DNA of 30,934 bases from assembly GCA_019347785.1 (NCBI GenBank), contig JAHWKQ010000001.1, forward strand, positions 1,394-32,327. The letters run 5' to 3'. A program made the position numbers and the translations under genes. The DNA comes from Actinomycetota bacterium (lineage in GTDB: Bacteria > Actinomycetota > Nitriliruptoria > Euzebyales > Egibacteraceae). How positions within the stretch are numbered: the first letter of the stretch is position 1; the number at the start of each line of letters is the position of its first letter. The notes under the pieces were generated by a model. That model saw only the letters and a program-made list of their open reading frames with translations, did no database searches and was not told where the DNA came from. Of this stretch, positions 1 through 8,999 are shown in pieces.

Positions 1-51
1 GGCGATGGCGCGGTCCTGGACGCGGCGGATGCGGCTGGCGGTGGCGGTCAT
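1..51 (-). CDS. 5' end of a gene running off the left edge (MTATASRIRRVQDRAIA...), product unknown; probably island cargo
   Basis: ATG at 51-49 preceded by a strong RBS GAGGAGG (61-67, minus strand); frame is open to the window edge. Confidence 0.55.
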   Translation of the reverse strand, partial: MTATASRIRRVQDRAIA

Positions 52-149
52 GCTGCGTTACCTCCTCGTGGTGCGCGGCGGTTGCGGGGACGTAGTGCCG
101 AAGGGCGCCGCCCGTCATCAAAGCGGCACCCCCCGGGGGTCTTTGGCCG

Positions 150-1328
150 GTGGCGGCGAGGACAGGTAGTGGTAGCGAGCGCCCAGCTGGTTGCGAAGCC
201 CTGTCACACCTGTCACCTCAGTCACTGTGTGGGGGTCGATGGGTGACAGCTGTGACAGGTGTGACAGGGTCTCGCGGGAAGTACAGGACGAGGGTCGAGG
301 GAGATGTCCTCTCCGGCGCCTACATCGACCCCGCGGGCGCGCGCGAGACGGTGGCCGCGTTCGTCACCGAGTGGCGGCGCTCCGTGGTGGACCTGCGGCC
401 GACGACGCTGGCGCGCCTGGACGCCACGGTCCGCCACCAAGTGCTGCCGACGTTCGGGCACCTTCCCCTGTCGGGGATCTCGAACGCGGACGTACGGGCC
501 TGGGCGGCGGGCCTTCGAGCCGACGGCCTGTCGGTGTCGACGACCAGGAAGGCGGTGTTCGCGCTGCGCCGCATCCTCGCGGCCGCGGTCGCGGACCGAC
601 GCCTACCGAGCAACCCCGCGCATGAGGTCCCACTCCCCGGCGACGAGGCGCGCGAGCAGCGCTTCCTCACGGCCGAGGAGGTCGCCGACCTTGCCGACGC
701 GGCCGTGCCCAGGTTCCGCGCCTTCGTCCTGCTCGCGGCCTACGGCGGGTTGCGTTTCGGGGAGATGGCCGCGTTGCGCCGGCGCAGCATCGACCTGCTC
801 CGCGCCCGGGTGAAGGTCAGCGAGACGCTGGTCGAGCTCAACGGGAGCATGGCCTTCGGCCCCACGAAGACGCAGAACGGGCAGCGCACAGTCCCCCTTC
901 CTCGGCGCGTGGCGGCCGAGCTGGCCGAGCACCTGGAGCGCTACTGCGCCCGGGACGTCGATGCGCTGGCCTTCACGACGGTGCGTGGAGCACCGTTGCG
1001 GCGGGCGGCGTTCGGCCGTGACGTCTGGCGACCGGCAGTCGAGGCTGCCGGCCTCGACCCCCTGACCTGCCATCAGCTCAGGCACACGTTCGTGTCGCTT
1101 TGGGTGGCGGCCGGCGTGGACCTCGGGACGATCAGCAAGCGTGCCGGGCACAGCTCGGCGGCCTTCACCGAGGACAGGTGCAGGCACCTCTACGAAGACG
1201 CCGACGACAAGATCGCCGACCGCCTCGACGCCCTCCTGGAGGCCCTCGGGCCGTCTCATCCGGCGCCGGTCGTAGGGCCTCCCGGCCCCGCTGTAGTGGG
1301 CCCGCGTGGGCCGCGTCAGCCGCGATGA
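150..1328 (+). CDS. Phage-type tyrosine recombinase/integrase; N-terminus probably truncated, catalytic Tyr apparently replaced by Cys
   Basis: GAYIDP, core-binding domain, GLRFGE (R), TKT (K), HQLRH (HxxR), AGHSS (H), then FTEDRCRHLY where Y is expected at C; start codon uncertain. Confidence 0.85.
   Translation: MAARTGSGSERPAGCEALSHLSPQSLCGGRWVTAVTGVTGSRGKYRTRVEGDVLSGAYIDPAGARETVAAFVTEWRRSVVDLRPTTLARLDATVRHQVLPTFGHLPLSGISNADVRAWAAGLRADGLSVSTTRKAVFALRRILAAAVADRRLPSNPAHEVPLPGDEAREQRFLTAEEVADLADAAVPRFRAFVLLAAYGGLRFGEMAALRRRSIDLLRARVKVSETLVELNGSMAFGPTKTQNGQRTVPLPRRVAAELAEHLERYCARDVDALAFTTVRGAPLRRAAFGRDVWRPAVEAAGLDPLTCHQLRHTFVSLWVAAGVDLGTISKRAGHSSAAFTEDRCRHLYEDADDKIADRLDALLEALGPSHPAPVVGPPGPAVVGPRGPRQPR
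199..269. repeat. Symmetric array: 18-bp perfect inverted repeat made of 9-bp-period TGTCAC units (3 + 3 head-to-head)
   Basis: CCCTGTCACACCTGTCAC 199-216 / GTGACAGGTGTGACAGGG 252-269; units at 202, 211, 220 (1 mismatch) and 243, 252, 261. Confidence 0.85.
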
Positions 1329-1375
1329 GACGTCGGCGGGGGGCATAAACAGAGTCTGACCAGCAGCTTTGTCGG

Positions 1376-1448
1376 TGCCCCCGACGGGATTCGAACCCGC
1401 GTTGCCGGCTTGAAAGGCCGGGATCCTAGGCCGCTGGATGACGGGGGC
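1376..1448 (-). tRNA. tRNA-Glu (anticodon TTC)
   Basis: GCCCCCG/CGGGGGC acceptor stem, anticodon arm CCGGC-CTTTCAA-GCCGG, T-loop GGTTCGAATCC; CCA not encoded (followed by CCG). Confidence 0.97.
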
Positions 1449-1478
1449 GGGCCGGCCGGCGAGCAGCGCCGTCCGGCG

Positions 1479-1487
1479 ACGATACCA
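1479..1487 (-). promoter_or_regulatory. Possible extended -10 (TGG-TATCGT) for tRNA-Glu
   Basis: TGnTANNNT about 30 nt upstream of the mature tRNA 5' end; no clear -35. Confidence 0.35.
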
Positions 1488-1511
1488 GCGCCCCACCGGG
1501 GCGCGTTCGCG

Positions 1512-3146
1512 TCAGCGGGCCCGCCGGGAGGACCGGGGGAGCCGCAGGCCCCGTTGGACGGTCGGCCACGCGACGACGAGCGCGGCCCCGACCATGGCGG
1601 CGGGGCCCACGAGGCCTCCCAGGCGCACGGCGGGTGTCGCGCCGTCGATCAGCGGCAGGTCGGCGCGCACGACCGCCTGGTTGAACAGGCCGGTCCGCCG
1701 GGTCACGCGACCCCCGGGGTCGACCACCCCGGAGATCCCCGAGATGCCTGCATGCAGCAGCCAGCGGCCGGACTCGACGGCGCGCAGCTGGCTGAACGCC
1801 AGGTGCTGGCGGCTCATGGGGGTGCGTCCGAAGCTCGCGTTGCTCGTCGACACGAGCAGCAGCTGCGCACCGGCGCGGACCTCGCTTCGCGCCAGCTCGG
1901 GGAACACGTTCTCGAAGCAGATGAGCGTGCCGAGCCGGGCGTCACCGAAGCGCAGCAGTTGCGGGCGCCGGCCCGCCAGCATGTCGTTGGGGACCTGCTC
2001 GAGACCGGGGAACCATCCGAGCCACCGCCGTGCGGGCACGTACTCGGCGAACGGCACCGCCGACCGCTTGCGGTACATCTGCCCGAGGCGGCCGGGCGCG
2101 AGGACCTCCGCCTGGACGTTGTACAGCGTGTCCGGGCGCGGCCCGGCGAGGTAGGCCCCGGCCAGCAGGCGGCTGCCCCGGGTGACGGCCAGGGCCTCGG
2201 ACACCAGGGCCCGGACGGGCGCGTTGGCGGTGTCGCGGATGTCGGCGTCCAGCGAGTTCTCCGGCCACACCACCACGTCCGGCGGAGCCCCCGGCGCACG
2301 CGCCAGCGGCCGCGAGGCCTCGACCATCCGCTCGGCGACCCGGACGATGCGTCCCGTCTGGACGCGGGCGACCCCGGCCGCGCTCGTCGACTCGATGTCG
2401 TTGCCCTGCACGGCCGCCATGTCCAGCGACCGCCCTGTCGGTGGCGGCGGACCGATCAGGCCGAGGCCCACGGCTGCCAGGAGCGTCGCCACAGCGCTCA
2501 GCACCGGGGCCGCCGCGTGCCGCGGTGAGCGCCGCACGCGGTGCAGAGCCTCCTCGGCACAGGCGCCCAGCGCCGCGCAGACGCCGCTGACCCCGAGCAC
2601 GCCGAGGGTCCGGGCCACCGGCAACAGCGGCCCCCCGTCGTGCTGGGTGTAGCCGAGCACGCCCCACGGGAAGCCGCTCAGGGGGAACACGCTGCGCGCC
2701 GCCTCCAGCGCCACCCAGAACACGATGGCGACGGCGGGCCGCCACCGCCGCCCCTCCCAGTGGGCCATGCCCGCCACAAACGCGGCCACGGTGGAGGCCT
2801 GCAGCAGGCTCAGCAGCGCCCACGGCAGGACGCCGAACCGCTCCAGCCACCAGATCAGCGGCCCGAAGAACGCCAGGCCGGCCAGCAGCCCCCACCCGGC
2901 GGCGGCGCGCAGGGGCCGGGGCCCGCGGGCGCAGTGGCGCGCGAGCGCCAGCAGCGGCACCAGGGCGAGGGGGCCCGCCCACGCGACATCGACGGGAGGA
3001 TGACCGGCGTAGAGCAGCATGCCGCCGGCCGCGGCCAGGGCGGTGCGCGACAGCCCGCGGCGCGCGGGCCGCCGGACCGCGGAGGGACCACCGGCCGCGG
3101 CGGCGCGGTCGGTCTCGGCGGGGGCAGCGCCCCCGCCGGCGCTCAC
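1512..3146 (-). CDS. lnt: Apolipoprotein N-acyltransferase
   Basis: Multiple TM segments, FPWGVLGYTQ, catalytic triad WPEN (E), YRKR (K), ICFE (C); GTG start overlaps the upstream stop (GTGA). Confidence 0.93.
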   Translation of the reverse strand: MSAGGGAAPAETDRAAAAGGPSAVRRPARRGLSRTALAAAGGMLLYAGHPPVDVAWAGPLALVPLLALARHCARGPRPLRAAAGWGLLAGLAFFGPLIWWLERFGVLPWALLSLLQASTVAAFVAGMAHWEGRRWRPAVAIVFWVALEAARSVFPLSGFPWGVLGYTQHDGGPLLPVARTLGVLGVSGVCAALGACAEEALHRVRRSPRHAAAPVLSAVATLLAAVGLGLIGPPPPTGRSLDMAAVQGNDIESTSAAGVARVQTGRIVRVAERMVEASRPLARAPGAPPDVVVWPENSLDADIRDTANAPVRALVSEALAVTRGSRLLAGAYLAGPRPDTLYNVQAEVLAPGRLGQMYRKRSAVPFAEYVPARRWLGWFPGLEQVPNDMLAGRRPQLLRFGDARLGTLICFENVFPELARSEVRAGAQLLLVSTSNASFGRTPMSRQHLAFSQLRAVESGRWLLHAGISGISGVVDPGGRVTRRTGLFNQAVVRADLPLIDGATPAVRLGGLVGPAAMVGAALVVAWPTVQRGLRLPRSSRRAR

Positions 3147-3613
3147 ATGGAGTCCCGACAGATCAGCCGCTCCTCGTCGGCCAGTTGCGCCCGGCGCTTG
3201 ACGAGGAAGCAGGAGCGACAGGTGAACTCGCCCGCCCCCACCAGCGGGGTCACCGGGGTGAGGCCCTGACGGGACTCGCTGTCGATCTCGGAGTCGTCGA
3301 TGTCCCGTCCGCGGGTGAGCAGGGCCTCCAGGCTCTCCTCCTCGTCCTCGTCGTCCTCGTCCGCGACGTCCTCGTCCGCGACGTCCTCCTCGGGGACGTC
3401 GGGCTCGTCGGACGCGTCGTCGTCCTCCTCGGCGTCCTCGTCGCCGACCGGGTCGGCGTCCTTCTCTTCGGCCGGGTCGGCGTCGTCGAGGGCGTCGTCG
3501 TCGAGGGCGGTGGGGTCGTCGTAGTCCTGGAGGTCGTCGAGCTCGAGGCCGTCGTCGACATCCTCGTCGACTTCCTGGAACTCGTCGTCCTGGGGAACTT
3601 GCTCGCTGGCCAC
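3143..3613 (-). CDS. DUF4193 family protein with a long acidic N-terminal tract
   Basis: C-terminal GEFTCRSCFLVKRRAQLA...ICRD motif; GGAGG RBS before GTG at 3613. Confidence 0.85.
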   Translation of the reverse strand: MASEQVPQDDEFQEVDEDVDDGLELDDLQDYDDPTALDDDALDDADPAEEKDADPVGDEDAEEDDDASDEPDVPEEDVADEDVADEDDEDEEESLEALLTRGRDIDDSEIDSESRQGLTPVTPLVGAGEFTCRSCFLVKRRAQLADEERLICRDSM

Positions 3614-3723
3614 GTCGGCGTACCTCCGTGTATGGGTCCTGCTGACGACGGGAGACGCGATGGGCGCGCCGTTCGACTGTGCGGCGTATGGGGCCGGTTT
3701 GTAGCCGGTCGCTCCCCCGCTCG

Positions 3724-3750
3724 CAACGCACCGGTCGACCGATCCGTTCC
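3724..3750 (-). promoter_or_regulatory. ECF sigma (SigR/SigH/SigE-type) promoter for the DUF4193 gene
   Basis: GGAAC-N17-CGTTG, an exact match to the actinobacterial GGAAY-N18-GTT consensus. Confidence 0.65.
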
Positions 3751-3797
3751 CGTGGTTGAGAAGGTCACGTACCGTGCCCGGGGCCCGCGCGGGCGAC

Positions 3798-4415
3798 CTA
3801 CACCCGGAGGCGGCGGTACGCGGTGGACAGCGCGTCCGCGTACTCGTTCCAGCGGGCGCCGCCGTGGCCGCGGATCCAGCGCAGCCGCAACTCGGGCCGC
3901 TGCCGGGCCTTGGCATACAGCAGCCGCACGAGGTCGAGGTTGGCGATGGGACCGGCCTTGCGCCGCCAGCCGCGCGCCTCCCATTGCGGCGCCCACTCGT
4001 TGATGGTCCGCACCGCCAGGTCGCTGTCGGTGTAGATCGTCGCGGGCGTGCCCGCCGGCACGAGGTCGTAGCCGGCGAGCAGGGCGGTGAGCTCCATGCG
4101 GTTGTTCGTCGTGTGCGACTCGTGCCCGTGGGCCCGGGTGACCACCGCGTCGTCGACCGCGTAGACCGCGCCCCAGCCCCCGGGGCCGGGGTTGGGGTCG
4201 GCGCTGCCATCGGTGAACACGCCCGTGTCGGGCCCGCCGTGGTAGCGGTCGAGCACCTCCTCGACCGTCAGGTTCTCCTCCACCGCGCCGCGGGCGCCGC
4301 CGCCGCCGTCGCGGCAGTGGCGGCAGCGCCGCGGCGTCCATCCCGGGTAGCGCTCGACGACGGCGGTGGGCAGCGAGAAGGCCCCGCCACACTCGGTGCA
4401 GGTGAACTCGGGCAT
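3798..4415 (-). CDS. rnhA: Ribonuclease HI with an N-terminal Cys4 zinc-ribbon
   Basis: FTDGS, PGPGGWG, TTNNRMEL, YTDS, EW...W, WIRGH, NEYAD motifs; N-terminal CTEC...CRHC. Confidence 0.92.
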   Translation of the reverse strand: MPEFTCTECGGAFSLPTAVVERYPGWTPRRCRHCRDGGGGARGAVEENLTVEEVLDRYHGGPDTGVFTDGSADPNPGPGGWGAVYAVDDAVVTRAHGHESHTTNNRMELTALLAGYDLVPAGTPATIYTDSDLAVRTINEWAPQWEARGWRRKAGPIANLDLVRLLYAKARQRPELRLRWIRGHGGARWNEYADALSTAYRRLRV

Positions 4416-4422
4416 CGCGGTC

Positions 4423-4428
4423 ACCCTA
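4423..4428 (-). promoter_or_regulatory. -10 element TAGGGT, 7 nt from the rnhA ATG (leaderless)
   Basis: TANNNT at leaderless spacing, no RBS. Confidence 0.55.
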
Positions 4429-4465
4429 TCGTCCGAGGCGCCCGGGCGGCGCCGCACCCGGAGTG

Positions 4466-4751
4466 TCAGGCGCCCGCGACCGCGCGGCCGACGGCGCCCA
4501 GGACGGGCGGCAGCAGCAGGGTCGCCACCACCATGCCGACCGTCCAGGCGACCCGCCGGCGGCCCACGGGAAGGCCGGCGGCGACGTCGAGGACGGCCGC
4601 GAGCAGCAGCCAGACGCTGGCGACGACGGTGGCGGGCGGGCCTCCGGCCAGCAGCGGACCGATACCGGCGTCGCCGAGTGCCACCAGCGTCGCCGTCACC
4701 GCCAGCCATGTGGCCGCACCCGCCGTGAGCGCCCGGCGGATGACCCGGCGC

Positions 4752-4777
<26 letters not shown>
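4466..4777 (-). CDS. Small hypothetical membrane protein (about 3 hydrophobic segments)
   Basis: 103 aa hydrophobic ORF filling the gap, overlaps the end of the acyl-CoA dehydrogenase by 26 nt. Confidence 0.65.
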
Positions 4778-5906
<1,129 letters not shown>

Positions 5907-5910
5907 GCCG

Positions 5911-7008
5911 TCACCCGCCGACGGCGACGGGAGCGCGGTCGAGGGTGTTCAGGCGCTCCCCCCCGGCGTCGGTGACGACCACGATGTCCTCGATGCGCTG
6001 GCCGAAACGAGCCGGCAGGTATACGCCCGGCTCGACCGAGAAGGTCATGCCCGGCTCCAGGGCCAGGTCGTTGCCCGCGACGATGTACGGCTCCTCGTGC
6101 TCCTCCAGGCCGATGCCATGGCCGGTCCGGTGGACGAACAGGTCGCCGTAGCCGGCGTCGGTCAGCAGGTCGCGGGCGGCGGCGTCGACCGAGGCGGCGG
6201 TCGCGCCGGGGCGCACCGCCGCGCAGGCCGCCTCCTGGGCCGCCTCCAGCGCCGTGTGGGCGTCGGCGTACCCCTCCGGGGAGCGCCCGACCACGTAGTC
6301 CCGGGTGCAGTCCGAGCAGTAGCCGTCCATGGTCCCGCCGATGTCTACGACGACCCCGTCCCCGGCGCGCAGCCGGCGGGCGCCCGTCTCGTGGTGGGGC
6401 GAGGCTCCGTTGGGCCCGGACGCCACGATGACGAAGTTCACCCGCTCGTGGCCTTCGGCCAGGATCCGATCGGCGATGTCCCTGCCCACCTCCCGCTCGC
6501 TGCGCCCCGGGCGCAGCAGCCGGGGCACGCCCGCGTGCACCCGGTCGATGGCCCGCGCCGCCCGTCGCAGCGCCTCGACCTCGTGGCTCGTCTTGCGCAT
6601 GCGCAGCGCCCGGGTGACCGTCGAGGCCCGTAACCACGATGCCGCGGGGATGGACTCCTGCAGGCCCAGCAGGAACGTCGACCACAACCGGTCGCCGGCG
6701 CCCAGGGTCGGGCGTGGCGGCAGATCGGTCAGGGCGGCGGCGGCGAGTGCGTACGGGTCGTCGGTCTCGGCGAAGTCGCGCAGCTCGACGCCCTCGGGGA
6801 CGCCGGCGGCCTCGGCGCGGGGTCGCTCCAGGCGGGGCACGAGCAGGGTGTGGCGGCCGTCGGCGCGCGCGACCAGCAGCGTCAGCCGTTCGAGCGCGAG
6901 CGCGTGGTAGCCGGTGAGGTGGCGCAGGTCCGCGCCGGGGCCGAGGAGCAGGGCGTCGACGCCGGCCGCCGCCATCGCCTCGCTCGCCCGTGCCAGCGTG
7001 GTCGCCAT
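5911..7008 (-). CDS. pepE: Xaa-Pro dipeptidase/aminopeptidase P (M24B)
   Basis: Creatinase-like N-domain, RMRKT, SPHH, DIGG...YCSD, HRTGHGIGLEEHE, SVEPG, RIED; position matches mycobacterial pepE downstream of helY. Confidence 0.92.
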   Translation of the reverse strand: MATTLARASEAMAAAGVDALLLGPGADLRHLTGYHALALERLTLLVARADGRHTLLVPRLERPRAEAAGVPEGVELRDFAETDDPYALAAAALTDLPPRPTLGAGDRLWSTFLLGLQESIPAASWLRASTVTRALRMRKTSHEVEALRRAARAIDRVHAGVPRLLRPGRSEREVGRDIADRILAEGHERVNFVIVASGPNGASPHHETGARRLRAGDGVVVDIGGTMDGYCSDCTRDYVVGRSPEGYADAHTALEAAQEAACAAVRPGATAASVDAAARDLLTDAGYGDLFVHRTGHGIGLEEHEEPYIVAGNDLALEPGMTFSVEPGVYLPARFGQRIEDIVVVTDAGGERLNTLDRAPVAVGG

Positions 7009-7014
7009 GCCCCG

Positions 7015-7029
7015 ATCCTATGCAAGGAT
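7015..7029. promoter_or_regulatory. Back-to-back -10 elements for divergent leaderless genes (TAGGAT minus 7015-7020; AAGGAT plus 7024-7029)
   Basis: Each hexamer lies 6 nt from an ATG (7008 and 7036) in a 27-bp intergenic gap with no RBS; the plus-strand one is non-canonical. Confidence 0.55.
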
Positions 7030-7035
7030 GCCGGC

Positions 7036-7848
7036 ATGGCCGAGGTGGGCATCCGGGCCGTCGACGACGCGACCGGCTGCGGGCACGTCGAGGACCTGCA
7101 GCGCGCCGCGTGGGGCATGGCCGACGTCGAGGTCGTCCCGCGCGGCCAGCTCATCACCGCCGCCCACTTCGGCGGCATGGTGCTCGTCGCCTACGACGGC
7201 GACCGGCCCGTGGGCTTCGTCTACGGCTTCGTGGGCCTGGACGGCGACGAGACCGTGCTGTGCTCGCACATGCTCGGGGTCCTGCCCGAGTACCGCTCGC
7301 GCGACCTGGGCCGGCGCCTCAAGCTCGCGCAACGCGACGCCGCCCGCGAGCGGGGGCTGCGGCGGGTCGTGTGGACCTTCGACCCGCTCGAGTCGCGCAA
7401 CGCCTACCTGAACCTGCACAAGCTGGGCGCCGTCGCCGCCCACTACTACGTCGACCGGTACGGCCGGATGCGCGACGAGCTGAACCGCGGTCTGCCCACC
7501 GACCGGCTGCTGGCCGACTGGCGGCTCGACGAGCCCGTCGGGCGGCACCACGTGGCCGACGCCGCCGCCGCGCCGGCGCTGGCCGGCGCGGTGGACGAGG
7601 GCGGGTTGCCGCGCCCCGGGGAGCTTGATCGTGACGCGCTGGACGCCCCGGTCGCGCGGGTGGCGCTGCCCGCCGACGTCGGCGCGGTGAAGCGGGCCGA
7701 CGCCGGGGCGGCCCTCGCGTGGCGGCTGGGCGTGCGCGAGGCGCTGCGCGCCGCGTTCGACGCCGGGCTGCGCGCGGTCGACCTCAGCCCGCCCGCCGCC
7801 GGGGCGGCGGTGAGCTGGTACGTGCTGACGCGTGTCCCGCCGTCGTAG
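7036..7848 (+). CDS. GNAT acyltransferase, likely succinyl-CoA:D-amino acid N-succinyltransferase
   Basis: CSHMLGVLPEYR...GRRLK acyl-CoA motif, WTFDPL...NAYLN, GLPTDR; directly upstream of the NSAR/OSBS and M20 genes. Confidence 0.85.
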   Translation: MAEVGIRAVDDATGCGHVEDLQRAAWGMADVEVVPRGQLITAAHFGGMVLVAYDGDRPVGFVYGFVGLDGDETVLCSHMLGVLPEYRSRDLGRRLKLAQRDAARERGLRRVVWTFDPLESRNAYLNLHKLGAVAAHYYVDRYGRMRDELNRGLPTDRLLADWRLDEPVGRHHVADAAAAPALAGAVDEGGLPRPGELDRDALDAPVARVALPADVGAVKRADAGAALAWRLGVREALRAAFDAGLRAVDLSPPAAGAAVSWYVLTRVPPS

Positions 7849-8997
7849 ATGCCCGAGCTGACGCTGGAGCGCGTCGACCTGATCCGCGTCGCGATGCGCA
7901 TGCGCGGGCGCTTTCGCACCAGCTTCGGCACCCAGCGGGACCGCGACATCGTGCTGGCCCGCGTGCACTGCGGCGGGGTGCAGGGCTACGGGGAGCTGAC
8001 CGCCGGCGAGGAGCCGCTGTACAGCGAGGAGAGCGTCGAGACCGCGCTGACCTGCCTGCGCGCCCACCTGTTGCCGCGCGTCCTGGGCGCCACCGTCGCG
8101 CACCCCGCCGACCTCGCCGGCCGCTGGGCGGCCGTGCGCGGCAACCGCATGGCCAAGGCGGCCGTGGAGACCGCGGTGTGGGACGCCTGGGCACGGGCCC
8201 GCGGGGCCCCGCTGTCCAAGGCCCTCGGCGGGGGCCCTGGGCGGGTGCCCGCCGGCGTGAGCGTGGGTATCCACGACGACGTCGGCGCGCTGCTGGACGA
8301 GGTCGGGCGCTTCCTGGAGCAGGGCTACGCGCGGATCAAGATCAAGATCGAGCCGGGCTGGGACACCGACGTCGTCGAGGGGGTGCGCGACGCGTTCGGC
8401 GACATCCCCCTCATGGTCGACGCCAACTGCGCCTACACTCTGGCCGACGTCGAGCATCTGCGCCGGCTCGACGCCTACGGTCTGATGATGATCGAGCAGC
8501 CGCTGGCCGATGACGACATCGTCGACCACGCGGCCCTGCAGGCGCGACTGTCCACGCCGGTCTGCCTGGACGAGAGCATCCGCTCGGCGGCGACGGCCCG
8601 GCGCGCGCTGGACATCGGGGCCTGCCGGGTGGTCAACGCGAAGGTCGGTCGCCTGGGCGGGCACGCGGAGGCCCTGGCCCTGCACGAGCTGTGCCGCTCC
8701 CGTGGCGTGGACCTGTGGTGCGGCGGGATGCTCGAGTCCGGGATCGGCCGGCTGCACAACATCGCCCTGGCCAGCCTCCCCGGCTTCACCCTGCCGGGCG
8801 ACACCTCCGCCAGCGAGCGCTACTGGGAGCAGGACATCATCGAGCCGCCGGTGACGCTGGCGGCCGACGGTACCGTCGCCGTGCCCGCCGGGCCCGGCAT
8901 CGGGCACGCGGTGCGTGCCGACCGGCTGCGCGCCGTCACCGTCGCCGAGGAGTGCCACACCCCCGGGCGGGAGCCGTCGGGGAGCAGGGCCGGCTGA
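7849..8997 (+). CDS. menC: o-succinylbenzoate synthase / N-succinylamino acid racemase (enolase superfamily)
   Basis: KIK catalytic motif, DAN, IEQP, LDES metal ligands, NAKVGRLGG, GGMLESG, GDTSAS. Confidence 0.92.
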   Translation: MPELTLERVDLIRVAMRMRGRFRTSFGTQRDRDIVLARVHCGGVQGYGELTAGEEPLYSEESVETALTCLRAHLLPRVLGATVAHPADLAGRWAAVRGNRMAKAAVETAVWDAWARARGAPLSKALGGGPGRVPAGVSVGIHDDVGALLDEVGRFLEQGYARIKIKIEPGWDTDVVEGVRDAFGDIPLMVDANCAYTLADVEHLRRLDAYGLMMIEQPLADDDIVDHAALQARLSTPVCLDESIRSAATARRALDIGACRVVNAKVGRLGGHAEALALHELCRSRGVDLWCGGMLESGIGRLHNIALASLPGFTLPGDTSASERYWEQDIIEPPVTLAADGTVAVPAGPGIGHAVRADRLRAVTVAEECHTPGREPSGSRAG

Positions 8998-8999
8998 CG

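Larger units (their letters stand above)
1..1375. mobile_element. Edge of an integrative element/genomic island inserted at the tRNA-Glu 3' end (probably decayed)
   Basis: Tyrosine integrase ends 48 bp from the tRNA 3' end, convergent with it; iteron-like repeats upstream; the other att site is not in the window. Confidence 0.6.

Noticed and set aside
1332-1343. GTCGGCGGGGGG is the reverse complement of the tRNA-Leu 3' segment 30847-30858, suggesting an att partner or inversion
   Set aside because: Only 12 bp, almost all G/C, in very GC-rich DNA; inverted orientation; a chance match is plausible
3353-3388. 15-bp tandem repeat GTCCTCGTCCGCGAC x2
   Set aside because: Simply encodes EDVAD units in the acidic tract; not a CRISPR or regulatory repeat
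3147-3731. 739-aa ORF suggesting a long N-terminal extension on Lnt
   Set aside because: The extension overlaps the DUF4193 gene in another frame and is Arg/Pro/Gly shadow sequence; a GTGA-coupled start at 3146 explains the gene
8691-8999. N-terminal extension of the M20 peptidase ORF
   Set aside because: Overlaps menC out of frame; GTG at 9000 gives a normal-length M20 protein
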